NCBI GenBank assembly: GCA_041752695.1
Contig: JBGSVZ010000036.1
Location: 29,876 to 93,875 of the forward strand
DNA from: Terrimicrobiaceae bacterium
Lineage (GTDB): Bacteria > Verrucomicrobiota > Verrucomicrobiia > Chthoniobacterales > Terrimicrobiaceae
Reading direction: 5' to 3'
DNA length: 64,000 nt
Numbering within the stretch: the stretch's first letter is position 1; every line of letters begins with the position of its first letter. Below are positions 27,936 through 37,631 of the stretch, piece by piece. Below the pieces are notes generated by a model, which did no database searches, was not told the origin of the DNA, and saw only the letters and a program-made list of their open reading frames with translations. A program made the translations under genes and the position numbers.

Positions 27936-28382
27936 ATGATTGAAATTAGCGCCGTTATCGTGCTCATTGCCGCCACCGTCTTGGTGCATGGTTTTGGCAC
28001 CTATGCGCTGGTCGGTGGATTGCTTCGGGAATCCCGCGCCAAATGGGATCACGTCTCGACCTTCCGAATGCAATTTGTTCTTGCGCGGGTGGTGATGGCA
28101 ATTTTTGCCCTGCATTTGGTGGAAGCTGCCATCTGGGCCACTTTTTACACCTGGAGCGGAGCGTTGCCGGATTTTCGCACTGCGCTGTATTTTTCGCTGG
28201 CGAGTTACACCACCGTTGGCTACGGCGACGTGGTGTTAGGGGAAGCGTGGCGGCTGCTCGGAGTCTTCGAGGCCTGCATCGGCGTGCTTATGCTGGGCTG
28301 GTCCACCGGGATCCTCTTTGCCTTGGTCTCCCGGCAGTTCGAGAGTCACCTCCACGGGGAGAGCAAGGCCGCGAAAAGTTGA
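27936..28382 (+). CDS. Potassium channel family protein (single pore domain)
   Basis: YFSLASYTTVGYGD selectivity filter between hydrophobic helices. Confidence 0.85.
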   Translation: MIEISAVIVLIAATVLVHGFGTYALVGGLLRESRAKWDHVSTFRMQFVLARVVMAIFALHLVEAAIWATFYTWSGALPDFRTALYFSLASYTTVGYGDVVLGEAWRLLGVFEACIGVLMLGWSTGILFALVSRQFESHLHGESKAAKS

Positions 28383-28424
28383 GGAGACGGGGCGAAAGAT
28401 ATTCCGTCGTCGCGTGGGTCGCTT

Positions 28425-28940
28425 CTACGGGTTGAGTCTCCAGAGGGTGAAATTCAGCATCGCCGCGAAACTGACCCACGCGAAATACGGGACCAGCAGC
28501 CATCCCGCCAGGATGTTTCTCCGGATGAACGCCATCACCGTGAAGCCGATCGTCACCAACAGAAGCAGGATTTCCGCGAACGCAATTCCCGGAAGATGCA
28601 GGCCGAAAAAGAGGGGTGTCCAGGCGGCGTTCAGCGCGAGTTGCACGAGGAAAAGCACGAGCGCGTGCCGCTGCGCCGCGAAACCCCCGCGCTGCCAGAC
28701 CAGCCACACGGCCACCGCCATCATCGTGTAGAGCACCGTCCAAACCGGCCCGAAGATCCAGTTGGGCGGATTCCAGGAGGGCTTTTTCAGACCCGCGTAC
28801 CAAGCGTCCGGCATAAACATCGTCCCCAACACTGCCGCACCGAAAGTCAGGCCCAGCCACCCCGCCAGGCCCAGCCAGCGCGGCATTCCGACGATAGGCT
28901 GGTCAGGTTGGGAAGACTGGGAGGGTGGCAGGGTCATCAT
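28425..28940 (-). CDS. tspO: TspO/MBR tryptophan-rich sensory protein
   Basis: WYAGLKKPSWNPPNWIFGPVW, LNAAWTPLFF, LVPYFAWVSFA. Confidence 0.92.
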   Translation of the reverse strand: MMTLPPSQSSQPDQPIVGMPRWLGLAGWLGLTFGAAVLGTMFMPDAWYAGLKKPSWNPPNWIFGPVWTVLYTMMAVAVWLVWQRGGFAAQRHALVLFLVQLALNAAWTPLFFGLHLPGIAFAEILLLLVTIGFTVMAFIRRNILAGWLLVPYFAWVSFAAMLNFTLWRLNP

Positions 28941-29041
28941 GCAGTGGGTTTCCGAGCAATCGTTGTTCCTGATGTCGTTGGCCTCACGGTAATCCGCAGG
29001 GGCACAAACGGGCCAGACATCGACCGGTCCCCCAAAGGGAC

Positions 29042-31615
29042 CTACGGAACCGCCGTCACATTGTCGAACGTGGCACTCTGTAGCCCTGATTTGCCGCTGG
29101 AAACAGCCAGCCCGATGAAGACGCTCTCTCCCAGCGCGACGGTATTTTTCGAGCGCAATTTGGTCCAGGTCGAGCCATTCGAGGAACGATAGGCCGTCAA
29201 GACATTGCCTTCCCGGATGATCCGGACCCAATACGGCAGGGAAGCCTTCCCGGCACCGGCGGAGTCAGTGGCACGGCCGGGCCGATCACGGGTCACCAAC
29301 TGGAGTGGTCCCTTTGCTTGGGGTCCGAGGAACATGCCAGCCGATCCGGCCGTGAGATCGGAGCGGATCATCACGCCTGCGCTCGCGTTTTGATCGCCCG
29401 CGCTGAAAGGGAGTTCCACCACTCTGGCGGTGATGCTGCAATCGCCGGTAGCTTCAAGATACGCGAAATGGAATGAGTCGGCCTTGCCACGGAGGAAGCC
29501 CGCGCCATTTACCAGGAAGGTTCCCGAGGTCTCGCCGGAGGATCCCGCAGCGCCAACTGTGCCGATTTCTGAACTGGCCCAGCCCGCAGGTAGCGTCGCG
29601 GCCGCATAGGTGGCAGTGTACGTGGTATCCACGAGTGGAGTGGACATGGTGTGATTAGCCCCGCCGCCATTGGACCACGACACAAACTCATAGATCGCCC
29701 CGTTTGAAGTCTGCACTGCAGCGGCGCCGATCGGCCGCTGGAAACCCGCCACGCTGACAAAACTGTCCGGAGCCACCACCGGCTGGCCGTCGCGGGTCAG
29801 CAACAATCCCGCCGGGACACTGGCGAGGGTAATGGTGGAAGTTTTCGGGCTGATGATCTGCCGGGTGGTGGACGTGAGTCCCTCGCTGTCGGTGACCACA
29901 AGAGTGATCGCATAGGCCACGTCGGCCAGGGTGTAGGGACCGACCGTCACCGGAGTGAAGGTGCCGGAAGTGACATCGTCCAACGTGAGGAACGGACGGG
30001 TGAGACCGGGCAGTTGATCGTTGTCCTGATCACCCTGGTCAAGGGATGTGAGGAAGCTGATGGTCCATGAAAACGAATTTGCTCCCAGCGTGCCGTCTTC
30101 CGGATCGGTGGCCGTGCCCGAGAACGAGATCGCCTGGCCGGCAACGAATTTGGAATCGGTCAGTCCTCCCGTGATGGTGACGACCGGCGCGTTGGGCGCG
30201 GAACCCGAGGTCACAGTCAACCGCGCGGCGCTGCTCGTCGCGGATCCTTTGGCGTTGGAGGCAACGGCCCGGAATCGCGCGTTGTGGTCCGCGAGCGAAA
30301 CGGTGAAGGTGAGCGTTTTTGCGGTGGCCCCATTAATGTTGGTGTAGTTCACCCCATTATTGTCGCTGCGCTGCCATTGAAAACTGGCACTGCCGGAAGC
30401 CTCAACGGCGAAGGTCACCGGCTTTCCCACCTCGACCGTCTGATCTTCAGGCTGGATGGTGATCTGCGGGCCTGCGCCGGAGCGCGTCACCTTAAAAACC
30501 TCCCTCGTCCCAAAGGCGAGATAATACAGGCTCCCGTCGTCCCCGACCTTGAGATCGACCGCGCCGGCCCCGGTGGCGAACCGCGTGACCTGCTTGGTCA
30601 CCGGATCGATGCGATAGATCCAGCCGACGCCAAAATCTGCGAAAAAGTAGTCCCCTTGGTATTCCGCGCCGAAGGTGTTCGAGGACGGATTATAAAACGC
30701 TCCGCCCGTGATAACATTCCCCGCCGGCTTGGTGACGGCCGCGTTGTGGTTGTAGGCGAAAAAGGGGCGGGCGAATTCCGGAAAAGACGACTGCTTGAAA
30801 TCCCCCTCGGTCGTCGGCCATCCGAAATTGAGCCCCCGGCCCGACTGGCTTAACCCGCCGTCGTTGATTTCCTCCCAGGTGTTCTGCCCCACGTCGTTTA
30901 TGAACAAGCGGCCGGTGCCTGGCTGAAACGTGAAGGTAAAGGGATTCCGCAATCCCAGCGACCAGACGGCGTCGATGTTCGGCCCCGTGCTGTCGTAAAA
31001 CGGATTGTCGAGCGGAATGGTGCCGTCCGCATTGACCCGGAGGATCTTGCCGTGCTGACTCGTCAGCAACTGCGAATCGCTGCCGTTGGCATTGTCCCCC
31101 GTCGCAATGTAAAGCTTGCCGTCCGGTCCGAAATGAATGGCACCCCCGTTGTGGTAACCCGCCGCGTGTGCATCCCCCTCCCAAATGATCTGCTCACTGC
31201 CCGACAGCGCCAGATTGCCCGAGCTATCCGCGGTGAAACGGCTTACCCGATTGCGGAAGTCGGCCGTATCCGTGGTGTAATACACGTAAACGTATCGATT
31301 CGTCGCAAAGTTCGGATCGAACGCGACACCGAGCAGCCCGCGTTCACTCAGCGTATTGACCGACAGCGGGGCATTGACAAAAAAATTCGCCGCCAGCTCT
31401 GTCCCGTTTTGCCAGACCGCCATGCTTCCGCTTTTTTGCGTGATGAAAATTTTTCCATCCGGACGCAGTTCCATGGCCGTCGGCAGAGAGCCAACACTGG
31501 CCACCGAAGTTTCTGTGAAACCCGCAGGTAGATTTGCCGCGCAAATCTCCGCGGGTGCAAGGACCAGGGCCGACACGACTATCGCGGCCCCAATTCGAAC
31601 CGAAAAAGAAATCAT
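29042..31615 (-). CDS. Secreted PQQ-dependent glucose/sorbosone dehydrogenase family protein with Ig-like and C-terminal beta-sandwich domains
   Basis: Signal peptide; ERGLLGVAFDP, HNGGAIHFGPDGKLYIATGD, GLRNPF, DVGQNTWEE, NFGWP; DSFHFAY..AGVMIR C-terminal domain. Confidence 0.88.
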   Translation of the reverse strand: MISFSVRIGAAIVVSALVLAPAEICAANLPAGFTETSVASVGSLPTAMELRPDGKIFITQKSGSMAVWQNGTELAANFFVNAPLSVNTLSERGLLGVAFDPNFATNRYVYVYYTTDTADFRNRVSRFTADSSGNLALSGSEQIIWEGDAHAAGYHNGGAIHFGPDGKLYIATGDNANGSDSQLLTSQHGKILRVNADGTIPLDNPFYDSTGPNIDAVWSLGLRNPFTFTFQPGTGRLFINDVGQNTWEEINDGGLSQSGRGLNFGWPTTEGDFKQSSFPEFARPFFAYNHNAAVTKPAGNVITGGAFYNPSSNTFGAEYQGDYFFADFGVGWIYRIDPVTKQVTRFATGAGAVDLKVGDDGSLYYLAFGTREVFKVTRSGAGPQITIQPEDQTVEVGKPVTFAVEASGSASFQWQRSDNNGVNYTNINGATAKTLTFTVSLADHNARFRAVASNAKGSATSSAARLTVTSGSAPNAPVVTITGGLTDSKFVAGQAISFSGTATDPEDGTLGANSFSWTISFLTSLDQGDQDNDQLPGLTRPFLTLDDVTSGTFTPVTVGPYTLADVAYAITLVVTDSEGLTSTTRQIISPKTSTITLASVPAGLLLTRDGQPVVAPDSFVSVAGFQRPIGAAAVQTSNGAIYEFVSWSNGGGANHTMSTPLVDTTYTATYAAATLPAGWASSEIGTVGAAGSSGETSGTFLVNGAGFLRGKADSFHFAYLEATGDCSITARVVELPFSAGDQNASAGVMIRSDLTAGSAGMFLGPQAKGPLQLVTRDRPGRATDSAGAGKASLPYWVRIIREGNVLTAYRSSNGSTWTKLRSKNTVALGESVFIGLAVSSGKSGLQSATFDNVTAVP

Positions 31616-31885
31616 CGGTCGCTTCTAGCTCGGATCACCCTGCGAGCAATGAAAATTCGTATCCCGCCCGCTCCCCTTGAGGATGTCTGATCCTTGTACC
31701 ACTCCTCACTCCGGTGAGTACCAGCGAGCGGGTGCCCGGCCAAGGTCGTGAACCGCCAAGCGCGGCGCCCCCCTCGAATACGAACAAAATCGAGCAGAAG
31801 GCCCAGCGTACAAGCGTCCTCCTTTCGACGTGGCAATGACAGGATCGACCTTTCCTGCGCCCGGGAAGTTTGAGCGTTAAAAGTT

Positions 31886-31907
31886 CGTTTAATACGGTCT
31901 GACCCCT
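31886..31907. repeat. Solo copy of the right end of the Y1/RAYT element
   Basis: CGTTTAATACGGTCTGACCCCT vs CGTTTAATAAGGTCTGACCCCT (15123-15144): 21/22 identical. Confidence 0.8.
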
Positions 31908-32003
31908 CGGTTGACCCTGCGGTCTGCGGACCCGGGTCCTTTCCTTCGAGGCAATTTTTGCCGGTGCCTTTTTCCCAAGTCCCGGCGTATCTTGTCGCCC
32001 TTC

Positions 32004-33512
32004 ATGAAATCAGGAATTTGTTACCTCACAGGCGCCGGTCCGGGAGACCCCGGGCTTTTCACCCTCAAAGGCCGCGCCTGCCTGGAGAAGGCCGATATCG
32101 TCATCTATGACTACCTCTGCAATCCGGTCTTGCTGAATTTTGCCCCAGCCACCGCCGAGCGCATCTATGTCGGGAAGAAGGCCGGGGCGCACACCCTCAC
32201 GCAGGACGAAATCAACGCGCTCCTCGTGGAGAAAACCAAGGGCAAAAAGGTCGTCGTCCGGCTGAAGGGAGGCGATCCGTTTTTGTTTGGCCGCGGGGGC
32301 GAGGAAGCCGAGGCGCTGGCGGCGGCGGGATGTCGCTTTGAAATCGTTCCCGGGGTGTCGTCCGCCCTGGCCGGACCGGCGTATGCGGGCATTCCGGTGA
32401 CCCATCGCTCGCACAACACGATGCTGACCATTTTCACGGGACATGAAGATCCCACCAAGGCGGAATCGTCCCTCAACTACGCCGCCCTTGCCGGGGCGCC
32501 CGGCACGAAAGTCATGCTGATGGGCGTGGAACGCCTGGGCGTGATCACTGCCGGCCTGCGGGAGGCGGGCATGGACGCCGCCACTCCTGTGGCCCTCGTG
32601 CGCTGGGCCACCACGGGCGCTCAAGAAACCCTCACGGGGACACTGGCCAGTATCGCCGTGCTGGCGGAGGACGCCGGGTTCAAAGCTCCGGCCGTGGCGG
32701 TTTTCGGCACGGTCGTGGACCTTCGTGACACCCTGAATTGGTTCGAATCGCTGCCCCTCTTTGGCAAACGCATCGCGGTCACTCGCACGCGGAAGCAGGC
32801 GGGGGAAATGATCGACCAACTACGGGCCCTCGGGGCCGACGCCTTCGAGTTGCCCACCATCCGGATCGAACCCGCCCCCAACAAACGCGAATTTTACGAA
32901 CTCGTCCTCGACGCCCATGCGTACGACTGGCTGGTTTTTACCAGTCCGAACGGGGTGGATGCGTTTTTCGCCGCGTTTTACGAAATCTACAAAGACGCCC
33001 GCGAGCTCGGCGGCGTCCGCATCGCGGCCATCGGACCCGCCACCGCGGAGCGGGTGCGGGCGTTCCATCTCGCGGTCGATCTTCAGCCGGAAAAATATGT
33101 CGCGGAAGCCATCGTCGATGCCTTGCAAAAAGAAACCACGGTCGAGAACCTGAAGTTTCTCCTCGCCCGGGCCGAGGGCGCACGCGAGGTCCTGGCCACC
33201 CAACTGACCAAACTCGGTGCCATCGTTGACGAAGCCATCGCCTATCGCACAGTGCCGGAAACCGGGGACGTCACCGGCGGCATCCAGCGATTCCGCGAGG
33301 AGGGGGCCGACATCATCACCTTTACGAGTTCCTCCACCGCGGAAAATTTTCTCGCGCTCAACCTGCCCATGCCGGCCGGGATCAAGACCGCGAGCATCGG
33401 TCCGATCACGTCAAAAACGATGAAGACGCTCGGCCTCCCTGTGAGTGTCGAAGCGAAAACCCACGACATCCCCGGCTTGGTGGAGGCGATGGTGAAGGCA
33501 TTCGGAGCCTAA
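32004..33512 (+). CDS. cobA: Bifunctional uroporphyrinogen-III C-methyltransferase / uroporphyrinogen-III synthase (CobA-HemD)
   Basis: GAGPGDPGL, RLKGGDPFLFGRGGEE, VPGVSS; C-terminal half TRTRKQ, FTSPNGV, FTSSST, SIGPIT. Confidence 0.93.
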   Translation: MKSGICYLTGAGPGDPGLFTLKGRACLEKADIVIYDYLCNPVLLNFAPATAERIYVGKKAGAHTLTQDEINALLVEKTKGKKVVVRLKGGDPFLFGRGGEEAEALAAAGCRFEIVPGVSSALAGPAYAGIPVTHRSHNTMLTIFTGHEDPTKAESSLNYAALAGAPGTKVMLMGVERLGVITAGLREAGMDAATPVALVRWATTGAQETLTGTLASIAVLAEDAGFKAPAVAVFGTVVDLRDTLNWFESLPLFGKRIAVTRTRKQAGEMIDQLRALGADAFELPTIRIEPAPNKREFYELVLDAHAYDWLVFTSPNGVDAFFAAFYEIYKDARELGGVRIAAIGPATAERVRAFHLAVDLQPEKYVAEAIVDALQKETTVENLKFLLARAEGAREVLATQLTKLGAIVDEAIAYRTVPETGDVTGGIQRFREEGADIITFTSSSTAENFLALNLPMPAGIKTASIGPITSKTMKTLGLPVSVEAKTHDIPGLVEAMVKAFGA

Positions 33513-33529
33513 AAACGCTCAATCTTGAT

Positions 33530-35455
33530 TCAAATTTCCGCGCAGGCGGCGAGCACGTCTTGAAAAGGAACGTCTTCGAATTGGCCAAAGGCAGGGTTTC
33601 CACCCAGGCGGTCGCGGGAGGTGGCCGGGCTGGTGATGCCGCATAAAAACCGCGCGAGCTGGCGCGGCGAGCGCAGGGCGGGCAAACGTTGTCGGGCGAG
33701 GTCGGCGAGGATTTTGCGATCTGCGGACGACAATATTCTCGCGGGTCGACGGGGGAGGTGGCGGTCAGGGGCCGGGGGGGACTGGCAATGGCCGCAATGC
33801 CCGCAATCTTCCATGGACTCTCCAAAGTAGGCCAGCAGAGCGCGGGTGGTGCACCCGGGATGCAGGGCCAGCGCCACCACTTGGTCGAGGCGGTCGAGAT
33901 CCTTGGTTTCCCGTTTGGTGAAGGTGTCCGCCAACCAGCAGGCCAGCTCGGACGGCAGGCGGGCGGTGGCTCCAGCGAGCAGGCGGTAGCGGTGTCGGAC
34001 GCCCGAGGGTTTGAGTTCGATGGCGCCGTTTTCCTCCAGATAATGCAGCGCCTTGAGAATGCGGTCGCGGGATTCCCCCAGCGCGACGGCGGAGTCGGCC
34101 ACATCGAGGGTGAGCCAGCGGCGGCCCTGGCGACCACTGCCAAAAAGCTTTCGCAGAAAGTCCCGGCGGTCCGGGGAGAAGCCGTCCAGGACCTCCTCTT
34201 GCGCGCGGTGAAACGCGATCTGAAACGTGGTGTAAATCGCACCGAGTGGTTCGAGGATGTTTTCCTGTTCGAGATAGGTGATGACCGTTTCCAGCACCAA
34301 GGGCCGCACGTCGCTGGTTCGCGAAAGGTCATAACGGCTGATGTCAAACTCCGCACCTTGGTGGAGCAATTGATCCAAGGCTTTGGTGAGACCGATCTCC
34401 TCCGGGACATCGCCATGGATAAAATTTTGCAGCACGGTGAGGTCGTCCCCACAGGCGAAAAGTTCGCAATGAGAGGGTGCGCCATCGCGACCGGCCCGGC
34501 CGATCTCCTGCTGATAATTTTCGAGAGTCTTGGGCAGGTTGTAATGAAAGACCCCGCGGATGTTCGCTTTGTCGATCCCCATGCCAAAAGCAATCGTGGC
34601 CACGATCACATCGACCTTCCCCGCCATAAAGTCGTCCTGCACCGCGGTGCGCACCTCGTCCGCCATTCCGGCATGATAAGCCTCGGCGCGCCGGCCTTTT
34701 CCGGCGAGGAAGGCCGCCACTTGCTCGGCGGTTTTTTGCAGGGTCACATAAACGATGGCGGGAGTCCGTCCCGTCACGGACAAGGCCTCGTGCAGTCGGG
34801 CAGGGCGCTCGGAGCCGGACGTCGGCGTGACATGCAGGGTGAGGTTTTTCCGATGGAAGGACGTCTGAATCACATCGGTCTTCGCAATGCCAAACGTGCG
34901 GCAGATGTCGGCGGCGACGTCCGGTGTGGCCGTCGCGGTGAGGGTGAGAACGCGGCTGACGCCTAAAGTTTTCGCCACCTTGGCGAGGCGCAGGTATTCC
35001 GGGCGGAAGTTGTGGCCCCACTCGGAGATGCAATGCGCCTCGTCGATGGCGAACAGGGATATTTTGGTACGGGCCAGGCGTTGGACAAAGGCCTCGTTGA
35101 CCAGCCGCTCCGGGGCAACGTAGAGCAGTTTCAGTGTACCGGATTTCATCCCCTCGTAGATGCCCCGGGCCTCATCGGCGGTCACGGTGCTATCGAGCCG
35201 GGCGGCGGCGATCCCGCGGGCGCGCAGCACATCGACCTGATCCTTCATCAATGCAATGAGCGGCGAGACCACCAAAGTGAGGCCGTCGAGGAGGATGGCC
35301 GGAAGTTGGTAGCAAAGGGATTTGCCGCCACCTGTGGGCAGAATGGCCAGGGCCGGGTGACCGGCGAGCAGAGTCTCGATCACCTCACGCTGTCCGGGAC
35401 GGAAAGCGGAGTAGCCGTAGGAGGCAAGGAGCGTGGCTTGGAGGTCGGGTGCCAT
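33530..35455 (-). CDS. recQ: RecQ family ATP-dependent DNA helicase
   Basis: PTGGGKSLCYQ, DEAHCISEWGHNFRP, ATIAFGMGIDK, QEIGRAGRDG, CGHCGHC. Confidence 0.9.
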   Translation of the reverse strand: MAPDLQATLLASYGYSAFRPGQREVIETLLAGHPALAILPTGGGKSLCYQLPAILLDGLTLVVSPLIALMKDQVDVLRARGIAAARLDSTVTADEARGIYEGMKSGTLKLLYVAPERLVNEAFVQRLARTKISLFAIDEAHCISEWGHNFRPEYLRLAKVAKTLGVSRVLTLTATATPDVAADICRTFGIAKTDVIQTSFHRKNLTLHVTPTSGSERPARLHEALSVTGRTPAIVYVTLQKTAEQVAAFLAGKGRRAEAYHAGMADEVRTAVQDDFMAGKVDVIVATIAFGMGIDKANIRGVFHYNLPKTLENYQQEIGRAGRDGAPSHCELFACGDDLTVLQNFIHGDVPEEIGLTKALDQLLHQGAEFDISRYDLSRTSDVRPLVLETVITYLEQENILEPLGAIYTTFQIAFHRAQEEVLDGFSPDRRDFLRKLFGSGRQGRRWLTLDVADSAVALGESRDRILKALHYLEENGAIELKPSGVRHRYRLLAGATARLPSELACWLADTFTKRETKDLDRLDQVVALALHPGCTTRALLAYFGESMEDCGHCGHCQSPPAPDRHLPRRPARILSSADRKILADLARQRLPALRSPRQLARFLCGITSPATSRDRLGGNPAFGQFEDVPFQDVLAACAEI

Positions 35456-35493
35456 AGGGACGCAAGGAGGCCTCAGGAGCTCCTCTCAAAAGA

Positions 35494-35760
35494 TCAACCT
35501 GCCGTGGCCAGCGACTGCGGGAAACGTCCGTTCACGGCGTCTTCGACCCAGATATCCTCGTCGAGTTCCTCCCAGCGCAGGGCGAGTCCTTGGACGCGAA
35601 GCTGCACTTTTTCGAGGAGGGACTGTGGCGCATTCGCGAGAATGGGATACCGGCAAGCCGGGAAGCCGGATTTGCGGCCGTCCGAAAATTCGAGCCAGAC
35701 AAACCGATCGGTCACCCAGCATCGTTGGGCGGCAGCCGGGGACGATTCAACGCTGTCCAT
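35494..35760 (-). CDS. DUF2442 family protein (DhiA-like antitoxin)
   Basis: LEFSDGR..YPILANA..ALRWEELDEDI; directly after a DUF4160-type gene. Confidence 0.8.
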   Translation of the reverse strand: MDSVESSPAAAQRCWVTDRFVWLEFSDGRKSGFPACRYPILANAPQSLLEKVQLRVQGLALRWEELDEDIWVEDAVNGRFPQSLATAG

Positions 35761-35985
35761 GCCACTGAGTATAAGCGATCCTCAACTCCTCGCAATGCTC
35801 TTCAACAAGCCGTTGAATGGTGTTGAGCTCGGCGGCTCCGAAGCCGAAATTTGCGGCCAGTGCAACGGGGGCCAGCCAGAACTTTGCCTCGGAATCATCC
35901 CGCGCCACATGAATATGCGCCGGCTCGTTTCCTTCCCGACTGTAAAATGAAATCGGTAGGGGCCGACCCGCAGAACGGTGGGCAT
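35747..35985 (-). pseudogene. DUF4160 family (DhiT-like toxin), frameshifted in a T4 run (or sequencing error)
   Basis: MPTVLRVGPYRFHF; adding one T at 35944-35947 restores YSREGNEPAHIHVARDDSEAKFWL...YTQWHGQR*, which overlaps the DUF2442 start. Confidence 0.8.
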
Positions 35986-35991
35986 GGGCTC

Positions 35992-37278
35992 CTACTGGAA
36001 AAATTTCCGCAGCGCCCCTTGTTCGGCGGGGGTGGCGGTCTGCTGCCAGACGGCTTCGCTGCCGGTGCCGGTGGCGGACATCGCGCCGCCGGACTGCGGG
36101 CCGGCGTCCGCCGTTTTGTCCACTTTGTGTTCGCCCGTTCCGAGGCCCATGAGGTCGCCCAGGGCGGCGCGGGAGAGGTCGTCATTTTGCACCGCTTCCT
36201 GCTTCGTAGTGCCGAGCCGGGATTCGGTGTCACTCAAGGTCAGCGGCGCAGTGCCGGGGCCCCGGGAAACACCGCCGCTGCCGGGCTGTCCGCCGAGGAT
36301 GAGGGCGAGGAGTTTGTCGCCCTCCTTGTCGCCGGTGGCCTGGTCGCCGGAACAGGTTCCAATGCCGGCTTTCAGGCGCTCGCTCAGGGCTTTCCATTCC
36401 GCGGCGGTCAGCTGGCGGGCCTTGGAGGCATCGAGGTTTTTTAACTGGGAGAGCATTTTTTCGTCGAGCGGAAGCTTGCCGAGTTCCAGGCCCTGGAGAG
36501 CCTCTGCCAGCGCCTGGTCGAGCGGCTGACCGAGAGCTTGCAGCTGGCTTTGTTCGATCTCGCGGGCGGCTTCCAATGCACCGAGGGAGGTCTCGAGATT
36601 CTTCTGCAGATCGGAGAGGGACTGGCCGAGTTGGATCTGCAGGTTGTCTCCCGCTTCCAGGCTTTCGTGGCGGAACCATTGGTCGGAGGGTTGTTGGCGC
36701 AGCGCATCGAGGGCGGCCTGCCATTCCTCCACCGCCTCGGGCTGGACGATTTCCTCCTGACGAAGCTCGGCTATTTTTTCTTGCGTGGCCGTCCATGCGG
36801 GGGGCTCGGATGTGGCAGCAGTCGTTTTGGCTTTGGCCTGCGGCAGCGGAATGACGCCCGCGGCCAGAACGAGAAGGAGTGCCACGACAGGCGGCCAGAG
36901 AAGGGTCCTCCAACGCCAGCGCAGCGCGAAGGACGCGTCGTGCCGCGGGGCAGGCCAGTCGCCAATCCCTTCCGCCGCCGCGGAGAGGCGGTTTTGCAGA
37001 CAAAGATCGGCATCAAGCCGCACCAGCGCCTCCTGGCGGGTGAGAAACTTTTTCTGGGCGCGGACCAGCGAAACCCCGAATCCGGCCAATACCAGGCCGG
37101 CCATAATGGGCAGGGTCCACGCAGATTCCCGATCCGCACTGCGCAGGGCCACAATGCCGACCGACGCAAGGAGGCCCAGTCCCACGACCCACGGCAAAAA
37201 CATCTGTAACAACCAGCCCAGATTGAAACGCAACGCTTCCACACGCGCACGCCGGAGCCAGAAGGATTCGTGGGCCAT
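35992..37278 (-). CDS. Hypothetical membrane protein with coiled-coil and Gly-rich C-terminus
   Basis: 428-aa ORF, three TM segments, LDADLCLQNRLSAA, ends EQGALRKFFQ. Confidence 0.75.
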   Translation of the reverse strand: MAHESFWLRRARVEALRFNLGWLLQMFLPWVVGLGLLASVGIVALRSADRESAWTLPIMAGLVLAGFGVSLVRAQKKFLTRQEALVRLDADLCLQNRLSAAAEGIGDWPAPRHDASFALRWRWRTLLWPPVVALLLVLAAGVIPLPQAKAKTTAATSEPPAWTATQEKIAELRQEEIVQPEAVEEWQAALDALRQQPSDQWFRHESLEAGDNLQIQLGQSLSDLQKNLETSLGALEAAREIEQSQLQALGQPLDQALAEALQGLELGKLPLDEKMLSQLKNLDASKARQLTAAEWKALSERLKAGIGTCSGDQATGDKEGDKLLALILGGQPGSGGVSRGPGTAPLTLSDTESRLGTTKQEAVQNDDLSRAALGDLMGLGTGEHKVDKTADAGPQSGGAMSATGTGSEAVWQQTATPAEQGALRKFFQ

Positions 37279-37631
37279 GTGTCGACCTTAGCGACACACG
37301 AAGGCTGTCGCGAATATTTTTTCAATCAGGGTTTCCTCGCCAGCCCCTTCAAAAAGAGATCCAAAAAGGCATCGGCACCGTGGGCGTCTTTCGTGGCCGC
37401 CCAGGTGAGCTCCAGCCAGGTGATCCAGGCCATGGAGGAAGTCGCCGCCTAAGCCCTTTTACAGGGTGGGTGTATTCCTTGGGGCCGCGTCAAGTGCGAC
37501 CTAAAACGAGGCAGCATAGTTTCGACTTTCAAGTGCGGATAACGGAGACCTACGGGGACGAGAAACAGGAAGTCGCGCCTGCAGAAATGTTGTAACCTTC
37601 GAGTGCGACCCCTATGAGGGAAGCTAACATT

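Noticed and set aside
14132..31906. 17.8-kb composite transposon formed by the left TIR and the distant solo end
   Set aside because: It would enclose housekeeping genes (mpl, mutM-like, cysJ-like) and has no target duplication; a dispersed solo end is simpler
28425..33512. TspO and cobA-hemD as a tetrapyrrole-linked unit
   Set aside because: Opposite strands and separated by an unrelated 2.6-kb gene; proximity is likely coincidental
37326..37450. Possible TetR C-terminal remnant on the minus strand (..DAFLDLFLKGLARKP*)
   Set aside because: Too short, no HTH; cannot be supported without a search
37601..37616. GACCCCTATG match to the Y1 right flank upstream of the ethylene-receptor gene
   Set aside because: Only 10 bp and lacks the TTTAAT..GGTCT core
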